Assembly: GCF_009914755.1 (NCBI RefSeq)
Contig: NC_060930.1
Direction: 5' to 3' (one strand)
DNA: 64,000 nucleotides
From: the human T2T-CHM13v2.0 reference genome, Homo sapiens
The notes under the pieces: model-generated
Databases searched by the model: none
What the model was told of the DNA's origin: nothing
What the model saw: only the letters and a program-made list of their open reading frames with translations
In this document: positions 32,920 through 48,669 of the stretch, one piece after another
Numbering within the stretch: the first letter of the stretch is position 1
Layout of the letters: every line of letters starts with the position of its first letter
Position numbers and translations under genes: made by a program

Positions 32920-33585
32920 CAGTCAAGGACAGAGTAACTGGAATTCTTTTACACTGCTGGCAAAAATCTAAAATGTTATAGCCATTTTGGAGAACAGTTT
33001 GACAGTTTCTTATAAATTAACATACACTTGCCATATGATCCAACAGTTCCACTCCTAGGTATTTACTAGGGAGAAATGAAAATATATGCCTTCACAAAGA
33101 CATGGCTTCAATATTCATAACAGGTTTATTCATAATAGACAAAAGCTAGACACAATAAAATGGCCATCACCTGGTAAATGAATAAACAAGTCATGGTAAA
33201 TCCATAAGGTAGAGCACTACTCACAAAGAAAAAGGAACCAACTACTGATACATGCAAATGCAAATAAATCTCAAAAAATTATGCTAAGTGAAAGAAGTCA
33301 GACAAAAAACTACATATTAGATTATTTCATTTACTTGACACTCTAGAAAGGGCAACATTATAGAGATGAAACAGACATCATTGATTATCATGGGGTCTAA
33401 TGAGGAAAGGGGAAGGAGGTTGACTACAAGAGATAGTAGAGAAGTCTTTTGGGTGATACAAGTGTTCTTGTTTTTACTATGGTGATGGCTACAGGACTGT
33501 GTATATTTGTTAAAGCATCTCTAACCGTACACTTAAAACAGGTGAATTTTATTGTATAGATTTTACCTTAATCTGAAAAAAAAAG
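32920..33585 (+). mobile_element. L1MD/L1ME-type 3' end
   Basis: gccattttggagaacagtttgacagtttctt...ccatatgatccaacagttccactcctaggtattta...actactgatacatgc...tgctaagtgaaagaagtcagac...cacttaaaacaggtgaattttattgta. Confidence 0.88.
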
Positions 33586-34665
33586 CAGTTATAATGGAAA
33601 CCTCTAGGTAGTAAGAACACCAGAAACTAGTCAAGAATTGCAACCCAGAAAATAATTCCAGAAAGGAGAAAACCAGAACTTGGATATTGAGTGTTTAGCC
33701 TCCCTGTTCACAGTAGTAGACACTGGACATTTGAGCCTATCATTAGGATTTGGTGATAGCAAACTAAGTCAAGATGTGAATTAAAAGAACAACCTTTAGG
33801 AAACCTTCAGTTGCAAAGCTATTAGAATAATTTTGGAAGTTTCTTCTCTAATTTCTGTATGTGTGTCTGAGAACTAAGATTTGTCCAAACATTTCAAGAT
33901 TTATTTTTAAAATAGCTTGTTTCCCTCCAGAAACATTTTTTTCCGACTGAGGCAGCTTCTACCTTTACAGCTAGTTTTTAAGTATTATGGTCTGATGCAT
34001 TTTTTTCCAAAGTGAAGAAATAACATGACTTTCTTTTTAAATTGAAAAAAAGGAAAACTCAAAAGGAAGAATGCCTGAAGCATGGCTTTTGTGCATGCTG
34101 GTTTTTCTTATTTACGTATTTTATTGGGCTGCCTTGACAAAGAAAGCCAGCATTTTAAGATGTTATAACATTTTAGATGAGAAGACATATACTGTTAAAT
34201 AGCTGTAAATCTTGGCATTTAAATTCTTTCTTAAAATCAGCATGCAAACATCAAATACACTAATGGTCAGTCCAAAGTTGTAAAATTGGAAGACGTGATA
34301 AATCAAAATAAGCACATATGGAGGTTAAGATGCTGTTTTTATACTTTTTTCCCTTTTCTTACCTATGATGGACTGTTCAGATTATGTTTCCTTTAGTGGA
34401 TGGATAACATGGTAAATGAAGACTTGTTTTCTTTAATTATTTTTCTACCTAAAGCTTGTATCAACTTCAACTTGGTTAGCTCTTTATTGCGGGAGGTTTT
34501 GTTTTGTTTTTTCTTGTTTTCAGAATCACCTGATGCTGACAACATTGCCATCACTGTATTAATAATGACGACATTCACTCAACTACATTCTTACATTCAA
34601 CCAAAAATTTTGGAGTGCCTTTCTAATGTAACATTTCAAGTAGAGTAAAAGACCATTTTTTCCAC

Positions 34666-35003
34666 TTTTCTTTTTCTTTTTTTTTTTTTTTGTGTGTGTG
34701 TGTGTGTGACAGAGTCTCCACTCTGTCACCCAGGCAGGAGTGCAGTGATGCAGTCATGGCTCACTGCAGCCTTGACCTTCTGGGCTCAAAGGATCCTCCT
34801 GCCTCAGCCTCCTAAGTAGCTAGGTAGGACCACAGTTGTGCACCACCACGCTTAGCTAATTTTTTTTTTTTTTTAATAGTGACAGGGTCTTTCTGTGTTG
34901 CCCAAGCTGGTCTCGAACTGTTGGGCTCAAGCCATCCCCTGCCTCAAATCCCAGCACTCTCCCAAAGTGCTGGGATTATAGGCGTGAGCCACCATGCTTG
35001 GCC
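34666..35003 (-). mobile_element. AluJ with a T/(TG)n tail
   Basis: Full-length AluJ (cagtcatggctcactgcagccttgacc); the tail has become T-rich plus (TG)n. Confidence 0.93.
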
Positions 35004-35524
35004 TGTTTACCTAAAGTTTTCTACTCAGTCATGTGGTAAACCAAGCCTCGAACTCAAGTCTTTTGACTCCTTGCCCTGTTGCCCTACCACACTTGCCTTT
35101 CTTTATAAGATAATATCCCTGCTCCCTAGTAAGGTGAAAATTGGACAATTGAATGTGGATGTGAGGTTGTCATGCTTTCTCCACCCAGGTCTCATGGAAT
35201 GAAGTCAGATGAAGTGTTAAAAGACAGTCCAGATTGGTGGCCCTATGACAGTTCCATCATGCATGGGCAGGCCTGACCCTGACTTACAATGTCTAATGTA
35301 CAGTGTTATGTACTCTTAGGTGGAGTTGTTGGGAAACCTACGTGGGATTATTTATGGAACCCTAGGAAAAGCCTTGTGAATCTCCAGCTTACCTCCCACT
35401 GCTCCCACTTCCCACCATCACTCTATGCCAAAATTCTCTAGTAACTCTGTCATTTGGGTGAATGTATCAAAGTGACCTGCTAAATATAGTCATTATCTAT
35501 ATTGAAAAAAAAGTTCCAGTATGT

Positions 35525-35640
35525 TTATTCAGTTGTTCAGCAAATATATATTGAGCACCTATTATGTGCCAGACAATTTTCTAGGAACTAGAGATATAGT
35601 AATGAATAAAACAAAGTCCTGTCTATCACAGAGACTCTAA
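35525..35640 (-). mobile_element. LINE-2 3' end
   Basis: ttcagcaaatatatattgagcacctattatgtgccagaca...gagatatagtaatgaataaaacaaagtcc. Confidence 0.8.
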
Positions 35641-35939
35641 TCATTCTCATTGATACTACTACAAATTCACTTCTGAAATCGGGAAATTCGTGAGGCCCTT
35701 GGGAATCTATATTGAATGAGGTAAGTAGCTGATGGAGGAAGGTGGTGTCCCCTCAGAGAGCAGCCCTAGGGCAGGTTCCTACTGCGAAACACCAGGAAAA
35801 CTGGAACTTGGGCATCATGAGAATATGCTAGGAAGTTTGGATCTGCAATGGGAGGAAACGTCTTTTTTGAAATCACATAGCTGGATATCCCCACAGGGCT
35901 AAGTAATGATTCTGGAGCAGAGAGGAGAAATATGAATCT

Positions 35940-36690
<751 letters not shown>

Positions 36691-38043
36691 ACTTTAAGCA
36701 GGGGGGAAAAAGCATTAAGTGTAGAGAAGTAGATCCATTGATGTAAATTGTTTTTGAAAGCATGTTAACATTCTGACTTATTTCTCATTATTTTTCCATT
36801 ATTTCATATCCTCCCATTACCACTGTACTTTCCCTTTCAGAATTAGTTTCTTTCCTAAATATAAAAACATACTTACCTATTAGAATAACAGTACATTGAA
36901 ATAGCTTAATTTAGTGACTTCCAGCTGACTCTCCAGGATTCTCAAACCACTTAGGGCTGAGTTTTCAATGAGGAAGAAAGCCAAAGCAAATGCACCTGCT
37001 CTTCTGTTGAGACCACTGAGTTGCAACAGCTCTAATAAGGATGCGAGAATTACAGCTCTGAGACTATTTTCATGCTTCTCCCCAGCCAAACAGACTGAAT
37101 TAAAGGACTGTTGCTTTTTACCTTTAGGGTCTTAAACTATCTATGCCTTTAGAAGAGTTAAACAGGGTTAGAACATAGTGATGGACAACTTCCACTTATT
37201 TATCTAATTTTTAAAGTAATAGGAGTAGATGAGACTTTCATGACTTTTTTTTGCCTTTTTAGGTATGTTTCTAATTAAAATAATTTTTAAAGCCTTTGGT
37301 ATGAGATGTTGCTGTTAGAAACTGCAGCTAATGCCCATGATTTGTTAGAAAATAAATGTCCTTTTCCTTATCGTAAGATATATGATATAAGACATATTTT
37401 GGTTCTACAGAGAATGTAGATAAAGCCTTTCAAAATATCAATTTTAGGATTTTCCCAGCAATAAATCTTAGTATAATCTTAAGTAATATTTTCTGAGAAA
37501 TACTGAATGCAAATTTACCTCTCAAATCATCTACATAACAGGTAATGCTTTTTTAAGATACAGTAGCATGGTTTGGACTTTTCCTGAACTCTGCTTTAAA
37601 GCTCCTTTAAGATTTTCATGTATATGAAACAATTCATCTTGATGCAAAATTTTCCTACATAAACCTGTTTCTTAGCTTTAACTGTATTTACATTTATCCT
37701 TCTGATTCCAACATGGTAAAAAGAAGTAAATTATTTTCTTTGAAAAAGTGTATTAATTATTTGACTTCCGTAGTTGTTTATTGGAGTGATTGCTTTCCAA
37801 AGCACATTAAATTATATTCTACTGGCATGAAGGATGACATATCCTTAAATTAGTAGAATTTTGACGTTTTTTAGTCTGTTAGTAATTTTTCTTTTTTTTT
37901 TTTACTTCTTTATTGAGATATAACTTACGTAAAGTAAAATCCACAGATCTGAAGTTCTTAGTCTGATGAGTGTTCACAGTTGCATCAGCTGTGTTACCAC
38001 AACTCAAACCAAGCTATAAAACATCACAATACCACTCCTCAGC

Positions 38044-38090
38044 ACACACACACACACACACACACTCCACACACACACACACACACACAC
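38044..38090. repeat. Interrupted (CA)n microsatellite
   Basis: Two CA runs separated by ctc. Confidence 0.95.
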
Positions 38091-38329
38091 CTAGAGGTGA
38101 CTACTTTCTGATTCTTGTCATCATTGATTACTTTTTACCTATTCTTAGGCTTTATAAAAATTGAATTATATAGTAAGAACTCTTGTGTCTGGCTTCTTTG
38201 CTCTAAAAATATTTGAAATACATCCATATCATTGCATGTGTTAAAAATATATTTTATTCTATGAATATGCCATGATTTTTTTTAGTTAGTTATTCTATTG
38301 ATGGACACCTAGATTATCACTAATTTTAA

Positions 38330-38690
<361 letters not shown>

Positions 38691-40015
38691 TAGACCTATA
38701 TTTTTATTTCTCTTGGGTAAATATTGAGAAATCAATTCCTAAGTCATAGGATAGGTTGCTTTGTTACTGATTTATAGTAATTCTTTATGTATTCTGGATT
38801 CAAGTCCTATCTGTGTACATATATGTAATGTATATGTATATGTACATATGCACCTAATTATATGTAATGTATATTTAAGATATGTAATGCAAATATTTCC
38901 TCTGAGTCTAGGAGTGCATATTTTTAATTTTAATAGTGTCTTTGGGGAAAATTGTTAAGATTTTGATAAAGTTTAGTATTTAAATTTTTATTGTTAGGGA
39001 AAGATCAGTAATTCTTAACTACTTAGTGTCAAAACTAAAAGATTACTTCTAAAGTAAGGGGGTTATTTTGAGTTACATAGCAACAAACTATGGGTGATTT
39101 GAATTGATAAAGACAGTGTCACGTTTACTGTTTCTTGCCAATGTTTTAATTGGCTAATTTACTACTTAATGTTATATATAAGAGGAAAAGGTAGAAAAGT
39201 TTTTCAATGAGGTAATTATGTAGTATTAGAGACAATGTCTCACAAAATTTCTCTATAGGTAAAAGAAGATATAGTTATTTGCCTAAAAAATATATATATA
39301 TATGAAATGTATGTATGAACAGTAGAAATGTTTAATCTGTAATATTTCCACTCTACTGTTACTATGACATATGTAGTCTTCTTACTGCAAGGATTAAATT
39401 TTCCCACGTATCTAATTTAGAAAATGCAAAAGTACTTTAGGATTTTAAGATTGTTGTATTGTTAGGTTTTAATCTTTCTCTTTCTTTCTTTCTTTCCACA
39501 ATTCTATTTTGCTTCTCTCGACAGGATTTCACATAAAGCCTTAACATAATATAAGTTGAAACTTACAACCAAGAAAAAATTGATATTATTAACATGTTTA
39601 CTATGTAAACAGAGTTATTATAGTAAACTTTAAGTTTTGCTCTGAGCTTCCTTTGATCCCTGACCAAAACAAATCATGATAAACATTTGTAATATAAGAG
39701 GAATATCACTTTTCTTGGTGTTAGATTTTGAAAAAATTAATGTGGAGTTTATTAGAATGGAATCAAACTGATGCAGTAGTCAGTGACTTCACCACTATTT
39801 TACAGTAAAGACAGGAACCGACTTCATACAGCTATTTCTTGTATTGACCTCTCATAAAAGCTGAGGGTATAACATTAAAATGGAGTTCATGGAAAGCTCT
39901 TTTATGACCGACTATGATAACGTGGTCCAAGTTATGGAGTCCTCTTGTGGTTTAGCTTCCTCTAAGGAAAGGACTCGTTTCATCTCGTTGCGCGAATGAA
40001 TGGCTCATTCTTCAA

Positions 40016-40189
40016 CAGCAGTTCCCAAACACCTGCTTGAACACATTAGAGTCACCCAGGAGAGCTAATAATGTGAAAATTTCTGAGCCCAAATCCCAGC
40101 TCTGTAGGTCTGAGCTGGGACCCAAAGAAGTCTTTGCTTTAAAAGCTTCTTTAGATATTTCTGATATATAGCCAGGTTTGGAAGCCATT
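40016..40189. mobile_element. MER5-like hAT-Charlie MITE
   Basis: cagcagttcccaaac...cacattagagtcacccaggagagct...gtaggtctgagctgggaccca...agccaggtttggaagccatt. Confidence 0.75.
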
Positions 40190-40509
40190 CATAGATAATT
40201 TGCCCTGAATTTCATTTCTGTCCGTTGGCCTTTGTATATGGCCTGGTTATTAGAGAAGTTTGTAAAATCTGCATTTGTATTGGACCTAGAGTAAAAATAT
40301 TGCACAACAAAGGGAGTCAACTTTTAAGAAAGTTATTAACCAAAAACTTCTCTAGAGTAATTAGGTCTCTGGAATATATGCCTAGTGAGAGATAGTTGAT
40401 GGACTGGTGAAAAACAGAAGTGAAGAGAGGATAAAGGGGAAACAGGACCACTGAATTTAAATTTATGCAGAGATGGTCTTTTAGAAAAGCAGCAAACTTA
40501 CTCTATGCA

Positions 40510-40680
40510 GCTTTTCAAGAGCAAAGTTATAGGAGTGATGTGTGAAAGTTACATAAAGGCAGATTTCAGTAAACATTTTTAAAATAATATTCCAATAGTA
40601 AGGAATTTTTAACAATAGAGTTGCTATCCCAAGGCTGATGAATTCTCTGTAGTTTTAGGTTTGCCTGCAGTAGAAGCATG
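40510..40680 (+). mobile_element. CR1/L3 LINE fragment
   Basis: gaaagttacataaaggcagatttcag...aaggaatttttaacaatagagttg resembles the L3 3' region. Confidence 0.45.
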
Positions 40681-41227
40681 AATGCTAATGAACAAGTTAA
40701 TGACTTTGACAAAAGTGGTGACAAATTTCAGTCTTAGAGTTTGAAACCCTCTGATGTTTTTCTATGTACATGAATCTATAAATAAGTACATGCAAAGTAA
40801 ATACCAGGGTTAATTAGAACTCTGGAAGTGATACACTGAAGAGCAAGGTGAATATTAGTTATATGTGATAATATAATTAAAATTATTTTACAACCCTCAA
40901 GAACACTAAATGACATGACAGTGTATAGACATATTAAAAGTATAATAAACTAAATTTTTAGCCGATAAAATAAATATATTTTAAATGACATTTTAGGAGA
41001 AAAAGAGTCAGCCTTTATTATAGTATTAATTCAAGATTCCTATGCTTGATCTTGTTGTTTTTATCTGTATTTGGATATAATTAAATTTTAATTAAAAATT
41101 AATTTAAGCAACTTCAAGGAAATAAAATGGTTTAGTAATAAAATAAGAGTTGAGCTTGTGAATCTAATGCTATGGCAACTTATACAGGGCAGAGCTGTAT
41201 AAAGGCTTTATCAAGATGTTGTTATTT

Positions 41228-41348
41228 AACCTTCTTACCACATAGAGTTGCTTTGAGGATCAAATGAGTTAATGCATATAAAGAGCTTAAACGAGTCCCT
41301 ATCATAGTGCTTAATAAATCTAAGTTATTATTATTGCTACTATTATTG
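41228..41348 (+). mobile_element. MIR 3' half
   Basis: catagagttgctttgaggatcaaatgagttaatgcatataaagagcttaaac...ttattattattg. Confidence 0.8.
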
Positions 41349-44300
41349 ATGAATAGAGTGACTTGTTTTTGGTTGGTGATCATAACATTTGTCATGGTAC
41401 GTGGCACAGAGCAGGTTTCCTGTATTTGTTCATTGATTACATCCAATCACTATGTAAAGATTCGATGTCATAATCATCAGGGTTTCCCAGTGAAGCTGTG
41501 GAACACACTACCATTTCATATATTTCCAATGTAGACATTTCTTGAACTTTTTCCCAGTAGTTGGATTGTTGCTATTAAACAAATTCTCTTATGCCTATAT
41601 AAGAACGTGTGCTTCCTGAAGAAGTTGGTGGTGGATAAATGAGAGTACTCAGTCTGAAATTATTTCTGGAGTTCATTACATTTGAGTTTTGAAAGGACTA
41701 AAAATTAAAGGAATGGGAGAAGTGGTCAGGTAATTTGAGGTAAGAAAAGTAGGATACGGAATGGAGATCAAAGTGACAAAATGATGTTCTAAAACTGTGA
41801 TGTAGATTTACCTGACTTAGGAAATAAGATATAATAGGAATTGTGAATTTTTGGTAGATACAGATTTAATACATGACAGGTAATGGGAGGTGAAGTCTGG
41901 AAATGACAGTTCAGGAATAATTAGCTCAGGTGAGGCCATAAAAATGACAGCCCTATCAGGTCAAGGGGGAAGCAGATGTCTTAGAGCATGTTCACCTTTG
42001 TCAGTGAGGAGTAAGAAATCCTGTTTGCTAGATTATCTTTTCAAATGCCATACTATTCATCCATATTTCCCTAAATGTTTGTTCATATTTCCATCAATTT
42101 GGATGAAGGGGATGAAAAAGTTATTTACAAGATTTATTTGCTTTTCTCATTCTACATGCAAAAGATAGACAAAGAAGCAATCATATTCCAGTATTAAAGT
42201 TGCCATGTAAGTGTCAAATTGATTTGATTTCCTTTTTTTGGTCATATTTTAGGAAAAAGAGGCCTGTGACCTCTTGACAAAATAAAGAAATATTCATTCA
42301 CAATAGAAAATGAAAGGTGTATATTTCTCATGTGGCACTTTAATATTTTTACAAAAGTAAAAGCCCAGGTAATAACACATTTTCATATCTCATTGGCTCC
42401 AGTTTTTCTCTAACTTTCTAGGCAGGTGAATCAGTTGAAAAAATAGTTACAATTAATTGAAAGTAGTGCCTGAAATAGTTCATTAATGCTTTTCCAAGTT
42501 CCATTTTCCCATTTTATTTTAGCTATTTAAAATCCACTTAAATCCCACCAAGGAACCATTGTGGGACCTCTCAGTAGATATTTATTCAGCTATTGGGCTC
42601 CCAGATGAGGGAGGAAAATGAATGCTTTGTGGGGAAAAGACATACTTACATACATAGAAGTATCTAAAAACATTATTCAAAGAGCTGTGGTTTTGTGATA
42701 CAAATAGAAAACAGAAAACTCATAGTTGTAAAATAGCTCTGGCAATTATCCTTACAAATGGCATCAATTTCCCCCTCTGCTACCAAATTTCATTTTTTTA
42801 TCCTTTTTTTTTTTAAAGTGTGGACAACCATTATCTGATAACTATCTCTTACTCTTTTACAACGTTGCAATATGGGAAGGGGATGTGAATTAAAGACTAA
42901 TGCTTACAACTCGAAATATTCTATTGTAATTTTGTGGCTCCTGCTACATCTTGAATGATAATGAAATAATTTATTTGCTCAACACAAAATACTTCACAGA
43001 TATCAGGTAATTTTGAAATGATGAACTGTGCTTCTAAGAAGAAACTATGGTATTTCACAAATAAATTTTGTAATTTGGGTGACATTATCCTTTTTAAACT
43101 CACAAAGCACCAGTCATAATATATGATATGTGACTATGTGACATGACCAAAAGCATGTGGGATTCGGAGCATGGTTCCAGGCCCACTGTAGGTGCCAGAA
43201 ATCTTAGCTGGTATTATTAACTGTTGTTTTCCTGTTTTGTTGTTTATTGCTTTTCATATCTAAATAGGTTTACATTTCTTGACATTCATCTTGTTTTACT
43301 GAATTTATTTTTTAAGTTAATCAAGACCATTTTTAGTTATTTGCTTCTCTTTGAGAGAGTTAATATACCTGTTTAAGTTGATGTTATTGCCTACTAAACA
43401 ATCTCTCACCTCTCTCTCAATGAAGTCGGTGATTGTTTCTTATGATGGAGAGACTACACACAGCCTGGCTTGGGACAAAGCCAGCAGGTGAGACTAGTGG
43501 TTTTCAATGGGGCACATAAGTTAGCTGTGAGGGGTGCTGGAATTTTTTACTAGTAGAAATGGAAATACTAAAAGCTATAAACAATTTTATCTTTAAGATA
43601 ACCTATGTTAGTTCCAAGATTATTCCTGTAATACTGTCATTTTCACTTTTTGATCAATATGCTTTCTTTAGTGGAAAATAAAATGACTGGGACTTTTGTT
43701 TATACAACTAAAGCCCATGATGATGTTTCACACAGAAGCACCTTCTGTCATGGGTCGTGGAACAAAACAGGCTGAATCTGTGGATCCAGACTATGTTTCC
43801 TACCTTGCTGGAAATATTAGATGTCCTTGTAGTTTTTCTCATGTCCTCTCTAATTACTGTAGATTGTCATTCCCAAATTAGTTTTCTTTTTTTAAAAAAA
43901 CTCACTCTAAATCTAAAAGACTAACCCTTCTAAGCAGGCTTCAGATGTGTTTACCTAAATATTCAAGTAGACATGGGTTAGTGAGAAAGAAAGAGAGTTA
44001 GCTAGAGTTAGAAGCCTGGCAGAGTCTGCCCTACCCAGGCCTACCCAAGAGCGCTTCCTGTAGAGAAGCTGGGTACTCAAGAAGAAGTGAAAAAAAAATT
44101 TTTTTTTTGCACCCAACAAGCCAAAGAGGAAACTGCCAATTTCTTCCTGCAGAAGACATAGTGACCCCACTAAATAGTGAAAACATAACTATTAGTGAAT
44201 GATAGGTGGAAAGAGAGAGCCCTCTCAGATGTCTCCCTTCTTCCCCACCTCTGGCACAGGTACAGGTGGGAAAGAAGTATTGAGGCAAAGTTTCTGCCTC

Positions 44301-46389
44301 TAGGAACTGAGTTAGAAATACGTGAAGAGGTAGAGAAATAATTTTCATTCTCTAAACCTTTCCAAAATGAATCTAATGCAGGATTGTCCTGCATGGATCT
44401 TTCTGGAAGAAAATGGAGATGGCCATTATGGTCAAATGAAAGGTGACATTTTGAGAAATAATCCCTTATGTGTTTATTTCATGTAATCTGCCTTTACCTC
44501 CTCAGCAACTTTGTTTCGTCACTAAACTCTTCTCCTCTTCTCTCCGTCTTCCCCTTCCTCACCCTACCGCTTGCTTCCACTTCCCCTTCTCTCCTCTCTT
44601 TCTGTATCTTTAACTTCTCCCTTTCCCATGGGTAATTACTCACCTAGATTTGTACCCATAAGTAAAAAAGACCATCTTCCCTTCATTATACCCTCTTTTC
44701 TCAGTACAGCTTTCATCTATGTTTGTAGCAATTATCTTCATTTTCTCTTTATTTTCACATCACCCTATTTCTCTTCAGCCCACTGCAGTTCCACTTGAGC
44801 TTCACCTCTTTCTCCTTCTGGAGAGTTCAAAGCATGATTTCAGACCTCATCTTATTTGATACCTCCCTCTGATACACTGACTATTGCTTCCTCTTCTAGA
44901 AATTCCTTACTTCTCAGTGGATAGGTTTTGTTTTGTTTTGTTTTGTTATGTTATCATATGGAATGAACAGGTTTTCCTTTGCAGGTTTAGTGGCAGAAAA
45001 TTTCTGGCATTCTAAGTTTTTCAAAAGTTGTGTTGGATTTGCAGGCAGCACATGGTTTTTGGAGAATGAATGCAGGTTAGTAAGTAGAAAATAAAAGCAA
45101 ATGGGAGAATGAATATGTAGGGAATGATGGCAGATATAAATCCATAAGTAAGTAAAGTAAGTATTACATTTTAAGAATTGCTGAATGGAGAAATAAACTG
45201 ATTGTGTTAACAGAAAATAATAGCTTGAGTAAAAAGAGGTTAATTGGACATGTTGCCAAAATCTTGGAGACAATATGAGAAACTTATAGAATCAAGCCTG
45301 TTTTTATTCTGGAGATCTAAAGGATGATAAATGGGGTAGACTTCAATGATTAAGAAGACCAGAGACTTTACTTTTTACCTATTATTTTCTTTTCTTATCA
45401 GTCTTTGAAAAAATGGATTTCCAAAACTTAAAATCTCTTATTAATCTTTGTAGTGAATCTTTAGTTTATTATCACTTTTATTTTAGACTCCTAGACTTTT
45501 CATATTGTTTTGTGAATAATTTCCTGGCCTCTTCAGGGGAAGGTCAACATTTCTCATCACTCACTGTTAAAAATGGCCAGCTGGTTTCCCTTGCCTTATA
45601 ACTAGGAACCTACTGCACCTATCTTCCATGCCTTTTGAAAGTAAAAATTACTCTGATAAACTCCCGAAGCTTCCCTGAATGCACACTGGTGGTGTAACAG
45701 GACCTGATGGTTTGTGATTAGTACATCTGGCTTTTTGAAATGTCAACATTCACTTTTCCCTTATGGTGTAGAATTTTCACTGTTCCATCTTCATCTTATG
45801 GATAACAGTCATCACGTTCATTTGTTCACTGATAATTGACATGAATATACAAATTTTTATATAAAATGAGTTTTAAAATAATATTCTTCAGCTTTTCTTC
45901 ATTTAGAATTTGTGAATGGAAATGAGGTTGCTTTTAAAGACCTCCTTTAAAATATATATTTGAAGATATTTTTATCAATTGCATTCTACTTGTCTTGCAA
46001 ATGAATCTTTTGTCTTTTCACCTTTATTTTTTTGTATTATAGAAACCCTTTCTCTACGTACCAGATAATTTGTCTTGCATTTCACATTTCATAGTATTCC
46101 AGTATTGCCATTGGTCTTAAGGTCACTTTACACTTCTAGTTTAGCCAGCTCAATATTCTGATGTCACCATTGTTCTGCTTTTATGTAATATTTCGTGAAT
46201 ATGGTCTGGTAATACTAGAATAATGTTTAAAGAACATTGAATTATGTAGGATGATTTGAATACTTTCATCAATATACCTATATCAGGAAATCAATGATAT
46301 TGAAACACGTCTGAGGTTGCTGGACTCTGTAACTTCACAGTTGATGTTTATCAGTTTCCATTCATCTTTTAAGTATTAAAGACAGAGGG

Positions 46390-46630
46390 CTGCCTGGAAT
46401 GGTGGAAAGGACATTAGTTTTAATACCAAACCAACCTTGATTAAAATCCTGACTTCTTAAGGTATGAACATTTGCCATTTATCATTGGAAAAATAATTTA
46501 ACCTCTTAGATCCATACTTTCTTCATCGGCCAAGTAGGAGAATCATATGCCCCGGCAGGGTGGTAAGAAGAATACGTGAGATATGCTGTGAGTATTTTGG
46601 TACATGATAGGTATTAAATATGTAGAAGTT
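46390..46630 (+). mobile_element. MIR (MIRb-like)
   Basis: atggtggaaaggaca...ttaaaatcctgactt...tttaacctcttagatcc..tttcttcatc...tggtacatgataggtattaaata. Confidence 0.7.
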
Positions 46631-47079
46631 CTTCTTATTTTCCTGCTCTCTTTAGAAAAAATCAGAAAAAGAGGATTAATTTTCTCTTTACTATTAAGAA
46701 ATTTCCCCATATTTAATTACTTTAATGTCTTATTTGATAAAATATTGATACATCAGATGTTAAATAGTATTTCACTGGTTCAAAGCAGTAATTGGATATT
46801 AAAGAGTCCTTTCCACTAAATAGGTCATATTCTGTGAAATACTCTTTTTCTTGTGCAGAAAGAGAGTGAACGTTACTCAAACCATATGAACACAAATTTA
46901 GTGAAGTTAATCAAATCATAAAACTTTTTGGTTATTTATTTTTATTTTATAAATATTTTATAGAAACTTGCTATAATATGACAAAAACTATTACCTAGAA
47001 ACTGTTTTAAATCACTGTGTTTTACCATGTTAAATTAGTTACTGAAGCTTGAAATCTATAGATTTTCATTCTTTTTATC

Positions 47080-48113
47080 TTCTTTATTCATTTAACAAAT
47101 ATGTGGTGAGTTGCTATTACATGTAAGACACTGTTCTAGGCTCTTAGCATATGTCAGTGATCCAAACAGACAAAGATCTCTGATCTTGAGTAGTTCGTAT
47201 TTCAGCAGTAGGAGACAGTATATCTCAGAAAACAGTAGAGCAACGTGAAGGGTGCATGGAAATATCTGGATGTGGTGAGGGGAGCAGATTGTAGTAGTAA
47301 GTAGGATAATTAGGGTAGGAACCATCAAAAACTCGACAATTGAGCAAAGACTTTAAAGAAGTAAGGGGTTTAGTCATACCAGTATTGGGAAGAGCATTCC
47401 ACACAGCAGGAAAGGTTGGTGCAGAGATTTCAAGGCAGGAAGGTAGATGGAGGGATTAGTGATGGGAGTCCTGATGCTATCCTAAGGACTCTGGCACTTC
47501 CTTGTGAGTAAAGTAGGGAACTATTGGGTAGAGGTGGCAGGACCTGATTTATCTTTCAAAAGAGTCACTCTGGCTGTTGTGTTGAGAATAGACTCCAGGA
47601 GGAGAACAATAGTAAATGCTGGGTGACCAGTTAAAAATCTATGGTGAGAATTCAAATGAAAGACAATATTGGCTCAGGACAGGGTGGCAATAGTGGAGGG
47701 GCTGATAAGTGGTCAAATTCTACATAAATTTAGAAAATACGTCCAGTCTGGTTTTAGGACACAGGATGTGAGAGAAAACAAGGAGTCAAGTCTAAAGATT
47801 TTCACTTGAACTGCTGGAGAAATGTAGTTATGATCAGCCACGGTGGAGATGGTTGCTGGAGAATCAGGTTTAGGGGAAAAAAAAAATGAAAAGTTCTATT
47901 TTGGAAATGCTGATTTTGAGAGGCCTGTTAAATACCCAAGTAAAAATGTTGAGGAGGCAGTTAGATGTTAGAGTTAAGAAGAAAGAATCAGGTAGGAAAT
48001 AGGAATGTTGCATGTATTTGGGGTACTTTATGGTTAATGTCATGTTGAAGAATGGCATGAAGCACTGAATGGGGGGTGTAGAAGGAAAGGTGGCCAGCTA
48101 CAGAGCCCCTGAA
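47080..48113 (-). mobile_element. LINE-2 (L2a-like) 3' portion
   Basis: ttcatttaacaaata...cactgttctaggc...acagacaaagatctctg...aagagcattcc...agagtcactctggctgttgtgttgagaatagact...gttgaggaggcagttagat. Confidence 0.85.
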
Positions 48114-48669
48114 GTCTCTTCTTGTCTGTTTCTGGTTACTTTTAATCAGTGATCAGCAAATCAGAAAATTGTATATTTGAAAAACATTTCATTTTGTCAA
48201 CCTCATATTATCTTAACTGCTCCTAAGGTCTCTTAGGACCAATGTGGACCCTACAATAACACTTGGGAAGTAGACACAAACACATGTATTTCCCCAACAC
48301 TATTTGGAGATAATTGTCTCCATTTATGATAGGAAAATTCAAAAACCGTAACATTAAGAACAGAAATGTAAATGTCCTATAGTCTACTATTTGGCCGCTT
48401 CCTGCACAGTAACTAGTTTCCTGACATTAAAGATAAAACCATTTAAAGTTCAAATTCAGATAAAGTTTCACATAAAATAGTGGTGGTTTTTTTTTGGGAG
48501 GGAGGGTAGAAGGTAGTGATTGCAGGCACCAAAATGGAAAGTCAAAAGAGAGAAAGTAATTATGTAAATTGTGTTTCTTGAAGGCATTTAGAATTTTTAA
48601 TTCACATACTCTTAAGTATCTGAAAGCACATTTAGTTCCTGTTTGGAGAGATGAAAGCCTTGCCATAGC

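Noticed and set aside
43980-44300. GC-richer block with ETS-like GAGGAA/CTTCCT motifs
   Set aside because: The motifs are too short and common to support a regulatory call from sequence alone.
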